A stretch of 45,600 nt of DNA from Bacteroidota bacterium (lineage in GTDB: Bacteria > Bacteroidota > Bacteroidia > Chitinophagales > UBA10324): assembly GCA_014190535.1 (NCBI GenBank), contig BJGO01000002.1, positions 1 through 45,600 of the forward strand. Direction: 5' to 3'. How positions within the stretch are numbered: position 1 is the stretch's first letter; every line of letters begins with the position of its first letter. Made by a program: the position numbers and the translations under genes. The notes under the pieces were generated by a model. That model was not told the origin of the DNA. It worked only from the letters and a program-made list of their open reading frames with translations, and did not search any database. Positions 8,920 to 18,645 of this stretch are shown in pieces.

Positions 8920-10017
8920 TCAGATGCCATCAAGAGTTTGCTCGCAGATATAATCCACAACGGATTCAAGACTTTGTGTAGACTCATACACAGCTAACTG
9001 CCGGTCGGCCCCTGTTCCCTGTTCCAGGATTGTTCGCACATAATCTACTTCACGTTTTATATCCAGTTCATCAACAACATCACTGATGAAATCAAGAAGC
9101 TCGTGAATCAATGCTCGCGTGTTTACTTCCATCTCCTTACCAAAGTCGATCATTTTACCATCAATACCATAGCGGCATGCACGCCATTTATTTTCATTAA
9201 TTAATGCTCTGCGATAACTCATGAAATTTAAATTTTGCTCTCTGAGTTTGGTGAGTTTACAAACCAATGCCTGAAACAGCGCAACCACCGACATCGTTTC
9301 GTTAATATGCATAGGGATATCGCAAATGCGGAATTCAATTGTGTTGAAAAAAGGATGAACGCGTAAATCCCACCATATTTTTTTTGCATTATCGATGCAA
9401 CCGGTTTTTACAAGCAGATTAACATAGTTCTTGTATTCATCATAACTGCTGAAATGATCCGGAATACCGGTTCGGGGAAAACGTTCGAATACTTTTGCTC
9501 GGAATGATTTAAAACCGGTATTACGCCCTTCCCAAAAAGGTGAGTTTGTTGTTAAGGCATAAACGTGTGGCAGAAAATATCGTATGGTATTGGCTATATG
9601 TATAGCCAGATTTTTATCCTCAATACCTATATGAACATGCAATCCGAAAATCAGATTTGATCTTGCGGCCTCCTGCATTTCATTTACAATTTCTTCATAG
9701 CGTGGATTAGGAGTAATCAGCTGGGTATTCCAATGAGAAAAAGGGTGAGTGCCGCTGGCACCTATCTTTAAACCCAGCGAATGAGCAATATCGGCAATAG
9801 ATTTTCTTAAGTTTCCTAAGTCGTGGCGAGCTTCGTGAATGTTCTGGCAGATGCCCGTTCCGGCCTCTACTACTGCCTGATGCATTTCTGCCTTTACCTG
9901 ATCGTTGAGCCGTTTGGCCGCCAATTCAACAATTTTTTGATCGTGTGATTTTAATTGGCGGGTAAGCGGGTCAATGACCATATATTCTTCCTCTACACCA
10001 ATGGTGAATGCTTTCAT
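8920..10017 (-). CDS. Carboxylate-amine ligase, GCS2/YbdK family (glutamate-cysteine ligase family 2)
   Basis: The N-terminal FTIGVEEEYMVID motif, GLHVHIG, the 365-aa length and overall collinearity match YbdK-type ligases. Confidence 0.85.
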   Translation of the reverse strand: MKAFTIGVEEEYMVIDPLTRQLKSHDQKIVELAAKRLNDQVKAEMHQAVVEAGTGICQNIHEARHDLGNLRKSIADIAHSLGLKIGASGTHPFSHWNTQLITPNPRYEEIVNEMQEAARSNLIFGLHVHIGIEDKNLAIHIANTIRYFLPHVYALTTNSPFWEGRNTGFKSFRAKVFERFPRTGIPDHFSSYDEYKNYVNLLVKTGCIDNAKKIWWDLRVHPFFNTIEFRICDIPMHINETMSVVALFQALVCKLTKLREQNLNFMSYRRALINENKWRACRYGIDGKMIDFGKEMEVNTRALIHELLDFISDVVDELDIKREVDYVRTILEQGTGADRQLAVYESTQSLESVVDYICEQTLDGI

Positions 10018-10028
10018 GAGATATGCGT

Positions 10029-11036
10029 TTATACGTTTTCCGATGTCTTTTTTCTTGGTGTACGTTTAACCGCTTTTTGCTCGATTGATTTATCAGTAGC
10101 AAAGGCTTTAACGAATTCGCCCCAGGTAAGATTGTTTTTACCGGGCTTGAATGATTTGGCTCGATCTATAGCCAGATCTGCCGCAACACGGACAACCCAA
10201 TCAAAATTTTCCTGACCAACCGAATTCACGTCTGCATCGGGTGCGGGATTACAAAAATCAATGGCATAGGGTATACCATTACGAACGGCCAGTTCAACCG
10301 TATTGAAATCATAGCCAAGGTATTTATTTAACCGAATAACATAGTCCTCCATCGTTTGCAGTAGTTTTTTGTCTGCATTAAACTTGTTGTGGACATAACG
10401 AAGATGATGTGGGTTTCGAGGCTCATACTGCATCATTCGAACCTGATGACCTCCAATGCAATAGCAGCGGTAATATTCTTCAAAAATAATTTCCTCCTGT
10501 AGCATCATTACCAGAGTGCCGGTCTCATTATATTTCTCAAAAAATTCGTCGCGGTTATTGAGTTTATACACACTTTTCCAGCCACCTCCCGAAAAAGGCT
10601 TCATATATGCAGGCCAACCGATGTATTGAAAAATATGATCCCAGTTTAAGGGAAATGCCAGATTGCGGAATGAAGAAGAACTCGTATCGGGCGGCATCTG
10701 ATTGGAAGGGAGTAGTACCGTTTTCGGAACGGGCACTCCTATTTTTTGAGCGAGTGCGTTATTAAAAAATTTTTCATCGGCACTCCACCAGAATGGATTA
10801 TTGATTACGGCTGTTCCGCTGATTGCCGCATTTTTCAGATAGCCTCGATAAAATGGAACATCCTGCGAAATGCGGTCAAGTATAACAGCATAATCAACCG
10901 GTGCGGCTTGTTCGACCATGTCAATCATTACACGCTCAGCTTCGATGTCTTTGATATTACGTTTGTTAATTTCTTCAATGAACGCATCAGGGAAAGTGGC
11001 TTCCATACCGTGCATTATGCCAATTTTCTTTTTCAT
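10029..11036 (-). CDS. ATP-grasp family ligase (RimK/GshB-like)
   Basis: KIGVPVPKTVLLP followed by YMKPFSGGGWKSVYKL (Gly-rich ATP loop) and TVELAVRNGIPYAIDFCN (Mg/ATP-binding E..N region). The Lys-rich C-terminal tail is KAVKRTPRKKTSENV. Confidence 0.75.
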   Translation of the reverse strand: MKKKIGIMHGMEATFPDAFIEEINKRNIKDIEAERVMIDMVEQAAPVDYAVILDRISQDVPFYRGYLKNAAISGTAVINNPFWWSADEKFFNNALAQKIGVPVPKTVLLPSNQMPPDTSSSSFRNLAFPLNWDHIFQYIGWPAYMKPFSGGGWKSVYKLNNRDEFFEKYNETGTLVMMLQEEIIFEEYYRCYCIGGHQVRMMQYEPRNPHHLRYVHNKFNADKKLLQTMEDYVIRLNKYLGYDFNTVELAVRNGIPYAIDFCNPAPDADVNSVGQENFDWVVRVAADLAIDRAKSFKPGKNNLTWGEFVKAFATDKSIEQKAVKRTPRKKTSENV

Positions 11037-11064
11037 AGTATAGTTTTTTTGTTTTACAAATTTC

Positions 11065-11772
11065 TTATTTAATCAGTGAAAGATAGTGAGGAAACATTTC
11101 GCGCCAAACCGGCCAGTCGTGATTTGCTCCCTGCCTGATGTCCAGCCAGTTGGCTATGCCCTTATGATTTAAAAGTTGATGCATATCAATATTGGCTTGC
11201 TTACAGATATCGTGTTCGCCGGTGCCTAACACCACATACATATCTCTGAACTCCGTATTCTGGGCATCAGGTAAGTAGTCGGGCGGGTTGTTGAAATAGA
11301 CATCGTCGTTGTAAAAGCCATCCAGTTGTTGCCTGATGTCGAATGCGGCACTCATGTTAAAAATATACTTTACCACTTCAGGGTGTCTGAAAGCAAAGTT
11401 GGTAGCGTGATAACCACCGAAACTACAACCTGCTGTTGCTATTCGGTTTTCACCGGTTTCACGCTGACAAAGAGGAATCAATTCCTCCAGGATATACTTA
11501 TCGTACCAAATATGATTTTTTACTCGGTCAGCCGGATGAATATATTTATTGTACCAACTGAATGAGTCGACACCGTCGGGGCAATAAATTTTTACTAAGC
11601 CTTCTTGGATAAACCACCGAACAGAATCTATGAGGTGAAAATCTTTATTCTCAAAATATCGTCCCATAGATGTAGGGAACAGAATTATCGGATAGCCTCT
11701 TGTCCCGAACGAAAGCATATCCATGTCTTTACCCAAATTTTGTGAATACCAGCGGTGATGTTGTTCAGTCAT
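11065..11772 (-). CDS. Alpha/beta-hydrolase, esterase-D/'putative esterase' family
   Basis: Nucleophile elbow GCSFGG, a downstream acidic residue and His (GEHD...NHDW), 235 aa. It is the first gene of the four-gene operon. Confidence 0.65.
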   Translation of the reverse strand: MTEQHHRWYSQNLGKDMDMLSFGTRGYPIILFPTSMGRYFENKDFHLIDSVRWFIQEGLVKIYCPDGVDSFSWYNKYIHPADRVKNHIWYDKYILEELIPLCQRETGENRIATAGCSFGGYHATNFAFRHPEVVKYIFNMSAAFDIRQQLDGFYNDDVYFNNPPDYLPDAQNTEFRDMYVVLGTGEHDICKQANIDMHQLLNHKGIANWLDIRQGANHDWPVWREMFPHYLSLIK

Positions 11773-11889
11773 AGTATGATGTTACCTTGCAAAATACAAA
11801 AGAGAAATGGGATTATGCTTGGGCAATCTCTTCGATTTGATTTTCTTTTTTTACATCGAGGCGGTTAAAAGATAGAGTGATGCGTTACA

Positions 11890-12336
11890 GTGAACTTAAA
11901 AAAGACATTCCGCAATCTCGAAGCCCTCGATGCAAATGAAATGCTGGATATAATCCATATTAATAGCATTGCTCCTTTGCTTATTGTTAAACACTTTAAA
12001 AAATTATTGATAAAAAGCGACCATCCTGTTGTCGTCAATATTTCAAGTTGGTTAGGTTCAGTATCTAATCTGACATTTGGCGGACATTACGGATATGTGG
12101 GAAGTAAAAACCTGTTGAATATTTTAAATAAGTCAATGGCTAACGAACTCAGGCAATACAAAATCATTTGTATTAATGTAAATCCGGGCTGGGTTAAAAC
12201 CGACATGGGCGGGCAGAAAACTCAATTCTCCCCTGAACAGGCTGTGACTAATATCATAACCAATATCGTATTAAACGCTACCATTAACGACAGCGGAAAA
12301 TTCTTCAATTTTGACGGAAGCGAACATCCGTGGTGA
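11890..12336 (+). pseudogene. N-terminally truncated short-chain dehydrogenase/reductase (CsgA/C-factor-like SDR) remnant
   Basis: It retains NISS...YGYVGSK (catalytic S, YxxxK) and NPGWVKTDMGG. The ~80-90 aa Rossmann TGxxxGxG N-terminus is missing. The ORF opens at GTG directly after an in-frame TGA (11878..11880). Only about 115 nt separate it from the divergent esterase gene. Confidence 0.6.
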
Positions 12337-12494
12337 AGTTAGACACAACAATATATGCTCATAAAAAAGGGCCTTCATCATCCTAATTATTCCCTTAATA
12401 ATTTATTCAGGATGGCACTAATAAAGCGACACTATTTTATCTCACCGATAGACTTATAAATTAGGTTTCTTTGCAACCTAAATTGCAATAAATC

Positions 12495-13430
12495 ATGTCG
12501 GAGATACACAAATGCATCATCATCGGTTCCGGACCTGCCGGATATACTGCGGCAATCTATGCGGCAAGAGCGAATTTAAAACCCATAATGATAACCGGGC
12601 TGGAGCAGGGTGGTCAGTTAATGAACACGACTGATGTAGAGAATTATCCGGGTTATCCGAATGGTATTCTGGGCCCGGAAATGATGGACGATTTCAAAAA
12701 ACAGGCTGAACGCATGGGAACAGATATTCGATATGGATACGTCAGTAAAGTGGACTTTTCAGGCACAGTGCATAAAATATGGGTAGACGAATCCAAAGAA
12801 TTAACTGCACATACGATAATTATTTCTACCGGCGCATCAGCAAAATGGTTAGGCATAGCATCGGAGAAAAAATATAACGGTGCCGGTGTATCTGCCTGCG
12901 CAGTGTGTGATGGTTTCTTTTATCGCGGCAAAGAAGTCGCAATAGTTGGTGCCGGTGATACAGCCTGTGAAGAAGCACTTTACTTATCAAAAATGTGTAC
13001 CACCGTTCATATGCTCATACGCAGTGAAAAAATGCGTGCGAGTAAGGTCATGCAGGATCGGGTGATGGCTACACCCAACATAAGGGTTTACTGGGATACA
13101 CAAACCGATGAGGTGCTTGGCGACGGAACAGTTGTTACTGCAGTCCGTGTAAAACATAATAAAACCGGGTTATTATCAGAAATTCCGGTATCCGGTTTTT
13201 TTGTTGCCATTGGTCACACTCCGAATTCCACGCCATTCAAAGGTATTATCGATATGGATGAGCAGGGCTATATACTTACCAAGCCGGGTACATCAAAAAC
13301 AAATGTAGAAGGTGTATTTGCTTCAGGTGATGTTCAGGATAAACACTACAGACAAGCGGTTACGGCCGCCGGATCAGGCTGTATGGCCGCGCTCGATGCC
13401 GAACGTTATCTGACCAATAAAGGATTATAA
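12495..13430 (+). CDS. trxB: Thioredoxin-disulfide reductase
   Basis: FAD motif IIIGSGPAGYTAAIYAARA, redox centre CAVCDG, NADPH motif VGAGDTACEEA, 311 aa. Confidence 0.95.
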   Translation: MSEIHKCIIIGSGPAGYTAAIYAARANLKPIMITGLEQGGQLMNTTDVENYPGYPNGILGPEMMDDFKKQAERMGTDIRYGYVSKVDFSGTVHKIWVDESKELTAHTIIISTGASAKWLGIASEKKYNGAGVSACAVCDGFFYRGKEVAIVGAGDTACEEALYLSKMCTTVHMLIRSEKMRASKVMQDRVMATPNIRVYWDTQTDEVLGDGTVVTAVRVKHNKTGLLSEIPVSGFFVAIGHTPNSTPFKGIIDMDEQGYILTKPGTSKTNVEGVFASGDVQDKHYRQAVTAAGSGCMAALDAERYLTNKGL

Positions 13431-13439
13431 TCAGTCATT

Positions 13440-15101
13440 ATGAAATCGCTTGCTCTTCATTTGTTGTTCCTTGCTGTTACGTGTTCTGTTGGTTACGCAC
13501 AGAAAAAAAATGAAACAGAAGTACCGGATAAACCCAAACTTGTTGTGGGCATTGTTGTGGACCAGATGCGCTACGATTTTCTTACGCGCTATTGGGATAA
13601 ATATGGCGACGATGGCTTTAAGAAATTAGTACAGCAGGGTGTTTTATGCCGACAGCTCTATTATAATTATGTGCCAACACACACCGGTCCGGGCCATGCT
13701 AGTATTTATACCGGAACCTCACCCGCAATGCACGGCATTGTAGGTAATCATTGGTATGTAAAAGATAATCGGGCTACAACCTATTGCACTCAGGATGATA
13801 AGACAGAGAGTATAGGCACCACATCGCCTGCCGGTAAACAATCACCCCGTAATTTATTTAGCTCTACCATTACCGATCAATTGCAACTTACCAACCTCGG
13901 AGATTCCAAGGTAATTGGTATTGCACTTAAAGACAGAGGTGCTATACTGCCTGCCGGTAATATGGCCGATGCGGCATATTGGTACGATGATGCCTGCCGC
14001 TGTTGGATAAGTAGTAGCTTTTATATGAAGGAGTTACCCGAATGGGTTAAGCGCTTTAACGATAAAAAATATCCCGATCAATATCTGAGCGGAGAATGGA
14101 ATACCTTGTATCCAATTCAACAATACACGGAGAGTCTACAAGATGATAATCCTTACGAAACTATAGTTAAGGGAAAGACCAGCCCTACTTTTCCCTACAA
14201 TTTAAAGGAGATTGCCCAGGCCTATCAGACTTCATCCATACTTCGTACAACACCATTCGGTAACTCACTTACCACATTGTTTGCCATTGATGCCGTAATG
14301 AGCGAAAATATGGGTAAGGGTAAATCAACCGATATGCTATGCGTTTCGTTTTCCTCTACCGACTACGTTGGTCACAGTTTTGGGCCCTATTCTGTTGAAT
14401 CAGAAGACTGCTACCTCCGACTGGATAGAGATTTAGCCACTATGATCACGGTTATTGAGAAGTATTTAGGAAAAGAAAATGTTCTATTTTTTCTAACTGC
14501 CGATCACGGTGTATCTGATGTTCCGGCTCACCTCAAGGATATAAAGATCCCGGCCGGATATATCAATGAAGCCGTGCTCATGAATAAAGCTAAAAGTTTT
14601 TGTGCTCAGCACTTTGGCGACTCACTGGTCTTAAACTATATCAATAATCAGTTCTATCTGGATGATACAAAAATAAACACACTCAAACAGGATCGCTGTG
14701 AGATACAGAAGAAACTGGCATTGCACCTGATTGGTACTGAGTCTGTGGCTTATGCATATACTTATTGCGATATGTTGCAACAGAGTTATGTGCATTTTCC
14801 TGCAGAGTATATTCAGCATGGTTTTCATCCACTTCGAAGCGGCGATGTAATGCTTTGTTTTAAACCTAATTATATGGAGTTTGAACAACGGGGCACCACA
14901 CACGGCGAGCCATTTAGTTATGATGCACACGTTCCACTTATTTGGTATGGATGGAAAGTGAAATCGGGCAATGTCATTGATCAGCGATATGAGATTACTG
15001 ATATCGCAGTTACTCTGGCCAATATGTTACAGGTTATGGAACCCACCGGGGCAACAGGAAAAGTGATTAAGGGAATCATAAAACAGGAGAAATCCGAATG
15101 A
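13440..15101 (+). CDS. Alkaline phosphatase / nucleotide pyrophosphatase family protein (PafA-like)
   Basis: Signal peptide. VVDQMRYD, nucleophile region PTHTGPGHASIYTGTSPAMHGIVGNHWY, SSTDYVGHSFGP and LTADHG metal ligands. This is the layout of Bacteroidota PafA-type phosphatases. Confidence 0.8.
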   Translation: MKSLALHLLFLAVTCSVGYAQKKNETEVPDKPKLVVGIVVDQMRYDFLTRYWDKYGDDGFKKLVQQGVLCRQLYYNYVPTHTGPGHASIYTGTSPAMHGIVGNHWYVKDNRATTYCTQDDKTESIGTTSPAGKQSPRNLFSSTITDQLQLTNLGDSKVIGIALKDRGAILPAGNMADAAYWYDDACRCWISSSFYMKELPEWVKRFNDKKYPDQYLSGEWNTLYPIQQYTESLQDDNPYETIVKGKTSPTFPYNLKEIAQAYQTSSILRTTPFGNSLTTLFAIDAVMSENMGKGKSTDMLCVSFSSTDYVGHSFGPYSVESEDCYLRLDRDLATMITVIEKYLGKENVLFFLTADHGVSDVPAHLKDIKIPAGYINEAVLMNKAKSFCAQHFGDSLVLNYINNQFYLDDTKINTLKQDRCEIQKKLALHLIGTESVAYAYTYCDMLQQSYVHFPAEYIQHGFHPLRSGDVMLCFKPNYMEFEQRGTTHGEPFSYDAHVPLIWYGWKVKSGNVIDQRYEITDIAVTLANMLQVMEPTGATGKVIKGIIKQEKSE

Positions 15102-15733
15102 GCGCATACGTTATCACCGGTATAGGAACCGGTATCGGCAAAACCCTGGTTAGTGCTGTTTTTACAGAAGCATTGCAAGCGGATTATTATAAACCAATTC
15201 AGGCCGGTGGTCTTAGAAACAGCGATTCTAATTTTATCAGGAAACACATCAGCAATACAAAAAGCGTTATTCATCCGGAGCAGTACCGATTAAAAACACC
15301 AGCTTCACCACATTATGCGGCGGCCCGTGAAGGTGTATCCATTAAGCTCAAGGAATTGCGACTTCCAAAAACTAAAAATAAACTAATTGTTGAGCCGGCG
15401 GGTGGTCTGATGGTTCCCTTTAATGATGATGAATTATACGTAGACTGGATAAAAAAAATCAAGCTTCCGGTAATCCTTGTATCCGATATCTATCTCGGAA
15501 GTATTAATCATACCTTACTTAGTGTTGAAGCCCTGAAGAGTCGCAATATTGAAATAAAGGGAATTGTATTTAATCATTCACCCTTTCAGTCTACCGAATA
15601 TATCATAACAAAGTACACGGCCTTACCCGTGTTATTACAGATAAAAAAACACGCCACGCTGAATAAAAAGCTTGTTATGAGGTATGCGGATGAACTGCTT
15701 CAAAATTGTGTCCGTTTAAACATAACCTTATAA
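15098..15733 (+). CDS. bioD: Dethiobiotin synthase
   Basis: P-loop ITGIGTGIGKT, YYKPIQAG, EPAGGLMVP; 211 aa. Its ATG overlaps the upstream stop codon (ATGA at 15098..15101). Confidence 0.9.
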   Translation: MSAYVITGIGTGIGKTLVSAVFTEALQADYYKPIQAGGLRNSDSNFIRKHISNTKSVIHPEQYRLKTPASPHYAAAREGVSIKLKELRLPKTKNKLIVEPAGGLMVPFNDDELYVDWIKKIKLPVILVSDIYLGSINHTLLSVEALKSRNIEIKGIVFNHSPFQSTEYIITKYTALPVLLQIKKHATLNKKLVMRYADELLQNCVRLNITL

Positions 15734-16930
15734 TCGTTTCATACGCGCCATATAAAATCCATCATAACCTGATGATGGCCTGATGATATGTTCTTCCTCC
15801 AAAACAAAATCCTTATGAGATTCGAGGAAAGATTGTATCTGTAATTCGTTTTCAGAAGGTAATATAGAGCAGGTAGCATAAACCATTTTCCCATTTGGCT
15901 TCACCATAATGCTGTAGCTCTCAAGGATATCCCTTTGTTTTTGTTTAACATCTTCAATAAAGGCCTGATCCAGTTTCCATTTGGCATCCGGATTACGGCG
16001 CAATACACCTAAACCACTGCAGGGCACATCCAATAATAAGCGATCTGCGGTATCACGTAATCGTTTTATTACTTTAGTTGAATTAATAAGCCGGGTTTCA
16101 ATAATATGTGCGCCATTCCGTCGCGATCGTTTAGTTAACTCGTTCAATTTATGTTCTTCAATATCCATACTTATTATTTTGCCACGATTCTGCATAAGTG
16201 CTGCCAGGTGTAAACTTTTACCACCACCTCCGGCACATGCATCGATTACGCGCATTCCCGGAGTAACTTCAAGAAAAGGTGCAACCAGTTGCGATGAGGC
16301 ATCCTGCACTTCGAATAATCCCTCTTTGAATAGCTCTGTTTGAAACACATTCAAACGTTTAGAAATACATAAAGCATCCGGATAACCATCGATGCCAAAG
16401 CAATCTATTTCTGATTGCTTCAGGTACTCCATAAGCTGTGATTTATTTGTTTTTAGGGTATTTACGCGTATAATCAGTTTTGCCTGATCATTCAATGCGT
16501 TGATTTCGGTTGCCCAGGATTTACCTAATTCTTTGCTTCCGATTTCGTGAAGCCAATCGGGGATAGAAGCTTTAACAGGAAGTGGTAATGTATCATCGTA
16601 GTATCGCTCTTTGAGGGTATTGTAATTCAAATCATTGAACAGTAACCATTGTGGTAATTCATATTCATCTTGTAATAAGAGGTAGGCACTTATTGCTTTT
16701 CGGAAAAGGCTTTTATCGCGGATTAGTTGTGCGGCATATTCGTAACGTCGCCACCATCTGATGAGGTCGTATGTGGCACTTGCAATTAATTTTCTGTCGC
16801 GGGCGCCCCATTGTTTGTTGTTTTTGAAAACCTGCTCCAGTATGCGGTCTCCATAACGATTACGTTCAATAACTTCCTGAAGAATCTGTTCAATGGCCAA
16901 TATGATATTATTATGTAGTCGTTTTTTCAA
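15728..16930 (-). CDS. RsmB/NOP2/Sun-family RNA m5C methyltransferase
   Basis: SAM motif DACAGGGGKS and catalytic Cys motifs DVPCSGLGVLRRNPD and YATCSILPSENE; 400 aa. Confidence 0.85.
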   Translation of the reverse strand: MKKRLHNNIILAIEQILQEVIERNRYGDRILEQVFKNNKQWGARDRKLIASATYDLIRWWRRYEYAAQLIRDKSLFRKAISAYLLLQDEYELPQWLLFNDLNYNTLKERYYDDTLPLPVKASIPDWLHEIGSKELGKSWATEINALNDQAKLIIRVNTLKTNKSQLMEYLKQSEIDCFGIDGYPDALCISKRLNVFQTELFKEGLFEVQDASSQLVAPFLEVTPGMRVIDACAGGGGKSLHLAALMQNRGKIISMDIEEHKLNELTKRSRRNGAHIIETRLINSTKVIKRLRDTADRLLLDVPCSGLGVLRRNPDAKWKLDQAFIEDVKQKQRDILESYSIMVKPNGKMVYATCSILPSENELQIQSFLESHKDFVLEEEHIIRPSSGYDGFYMARMKRL

Positions 16931-16965
16931 TCAACAAGTCGGTATTTTGCGAAAGTAATTGATTA

Positions 16966-18645
16966 ATGCCTTATACTAACCTGAATATGCGTCTGGTAAT
17001 ACTGCTTTTATTAGTTATGCTATGTTCGATCTCCTGCGATTTTCTGTTTCGTAATACATCCGAGGCGGACAAAATAGATCAATCACTTATTGATCCCTAT
17101 GATATGAATTCCAACTATCTGGACTCCATAAAATTACACGAGTACACAAGACAGTATCCATTTCTTCAGATGTATCATCCTGAAATTCAAAAATTTTATT
17201 CTCGTCGTAATTACCAGTGTGTTTGGTTTAATAATCTGGGTTTAATAGAGCAGGGGTCTTTATTTATTAATCTGATGCAGAGCTCAAAGCTCGAATTAAC
17301 CGACAGCATTAATGGCCTGAGTCAGATAGTTTTATTTCATAATCAAATTGTCAATGATTCTATAACCGGAAATGAGGTTCGGCTCTTGGATGTTTTACTC
17401 ACTAATGCTTTTCTTGAATATGCCGATAAAAAGTGGATTGGTTTGAGAGACAGCTCCGTGAAGGAACTTGGCTGGTATATCAAACGAAAGCGCCTGGTAT
17501 CTATTGAACTTTTAGACTCGATTACGGCTAACCCATCATTCTTTTCCTACTATAAACCCTTAAACAAGCAATACGAGTTACTCCGACAATATCTGGTGCG
17601 ATTAAAAACGATTGAAGTATCGGGAGGATTACCATACATTGATACGTTACAAAAAGCATATCGTAAAGGAGATACCGGACTTGTTATTAAGAACATCAGG
17701 GTTTGGCTCTATCGCAGTGGTTTTTTGATGGAGCATGATTCAACGAATAATCGGTTTGACGATGCCCTATTTCAATCCGTTAAATTGGCACAGCATTGCA
17801 TGGGCTTAAAGGAAGATGGCGTGGTAGGAAAGTCTCTGATAAAACAAATGAATGTCAGCCTCAATCAGCGTATGCAACAGATTCTTATCAATCTGGAGCG
17901 ACTGCGTTGGGTTGAAGATTCTGATACCGGCAAGCATATAGTTATAAATATTCCACGCTACAAACTATATGCGTATCACAACGATACCTTAGACTGGGAG
18001 TGTAATGTAGTTGTTGGCACGACAAGAACGAAGACCAGTATTTTTAACGGAAATATCAGGTACGTAGTACTCAATCCATATTGGAATGTGCCAAATAGTA
18101 TTCTATTTAATGAAATAATACCGGCATATCGTAAAGACAAAAACTATTTTGTAAAACATAATATGGAAGTATTATTAGGCAAGTCTTCTGTAAATCCTGC
18201 TGATATAAAATGGTCGGATTTTAACGAAAAAAATTGCCCATACATGGTTAGGCAACTTCCGGGAAAAGACAATCCACTTGGAGTAGTTAAATTTCTTTTT
18301 CCCAATACCTACAACATATACCTTCACGACTCACCGGCCAAGCAATATTTTGATAGACAGAACAGAACCTTCAGTCATGGATGTATTCGAGTTGGAGAAC
18401 CGCTTGTGTTGATGCAATGGGTATTACAAGACGAAAAGCAAATTACACCCGATCGTATTCAGTCAATATTTGAAACCGGAAAAGAGACCTATCTTAATCT
18501 TAAACAAGGCATTCCCGTAACTATCGCTTATTATACTGCATGGATTGATGAACTCGGATATATCAATTACACGGATGATGTATATAAACTGGACGAGGCT
18601 ATGAAAAATATATTGTTTCTGGATGGCGTTAAGCCCGTTCGGTAG
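16966..18645 (+). CDS. L,D-transpeptidase family protein (YcbB-like, with peptidoglycan-binding region)
   Basis: YkuD catalytic signature YLHDSPAKQYFDRQNRTFSHGCIRV. PG-binding-like segment LAQHCMGLKEDGVVGKSL. N-terminal signal or anchor. Confidence 0.85.
   Translation: MPYTNLNMRLVILLLLVMLCSISCDFLFRNTSEADKIDQSLIDPYDMNSNYLDSIKLHEYTRQYPFLQMYHPEIQKFYSRRNYQCVWFNNLGLIEQGSLFINLMQSSKLELTDSINGLSQIVLFHNQIVNDSITGNEVRLLDVLLTNAFLEYADKKWIGLRDSSVKELGWYIKRKRLVSIELLDSITANPSFFSYYKPLNKQYELLRQYLVRLKTIEVSGGLPYIDTLQKAYRKGDTGLVIKNIRVWLYRSGFLMEHDSTNNRFDDALFQSVKLAQHCMGLKEDGVVGKSLIKQMNVSLNQRMQQILINLERLRWVEDSDTGKHIVINIPRYKLYAYHNDTLDWECNVVVGTTRTKTSIFNGNIRYVVLNPYWNVPNSILFNEIIPAYRKDKNYFVKHNMEVLLGKSSVNPADIKWSDFNEKNCPYMVRQLPGKDNPLGVVKFLFPNTYNIYLHDSPAKQYFDRQNRTFSHGCIRVGEPLVLMQWVLQDEKQITPDRIQSIFETGKETYLNLKQGIPVTIAYYTAWIDELGYINYTDDVYKLDEAMKNILFLDGVKPVR

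Noticed and set aside
10746-11072. 108-aa plus-strand ORF antisense to the ATP-grasp gene
   Set aside because: It is a shadow ORF overlapping a motif-supported gene, with no signal or motif of its own.
12337-12494. 158-nt gap upstream of trxB as a possible riboswitch or tRNA
   Set aside because: I could see no cloverleaf-compatible stems or conserved riboswitch core. It looks like an ordinary AT-rich promoter region.
15981-16343. 120-aa plus-strand ORF antisense to the RsmB-like methyltransferase
   Set aside because: It lies wholly inside a gene with clear catalytic motifs on the other strand. The Arg/Ser/Pro-rich translation is typical of antisense frames.
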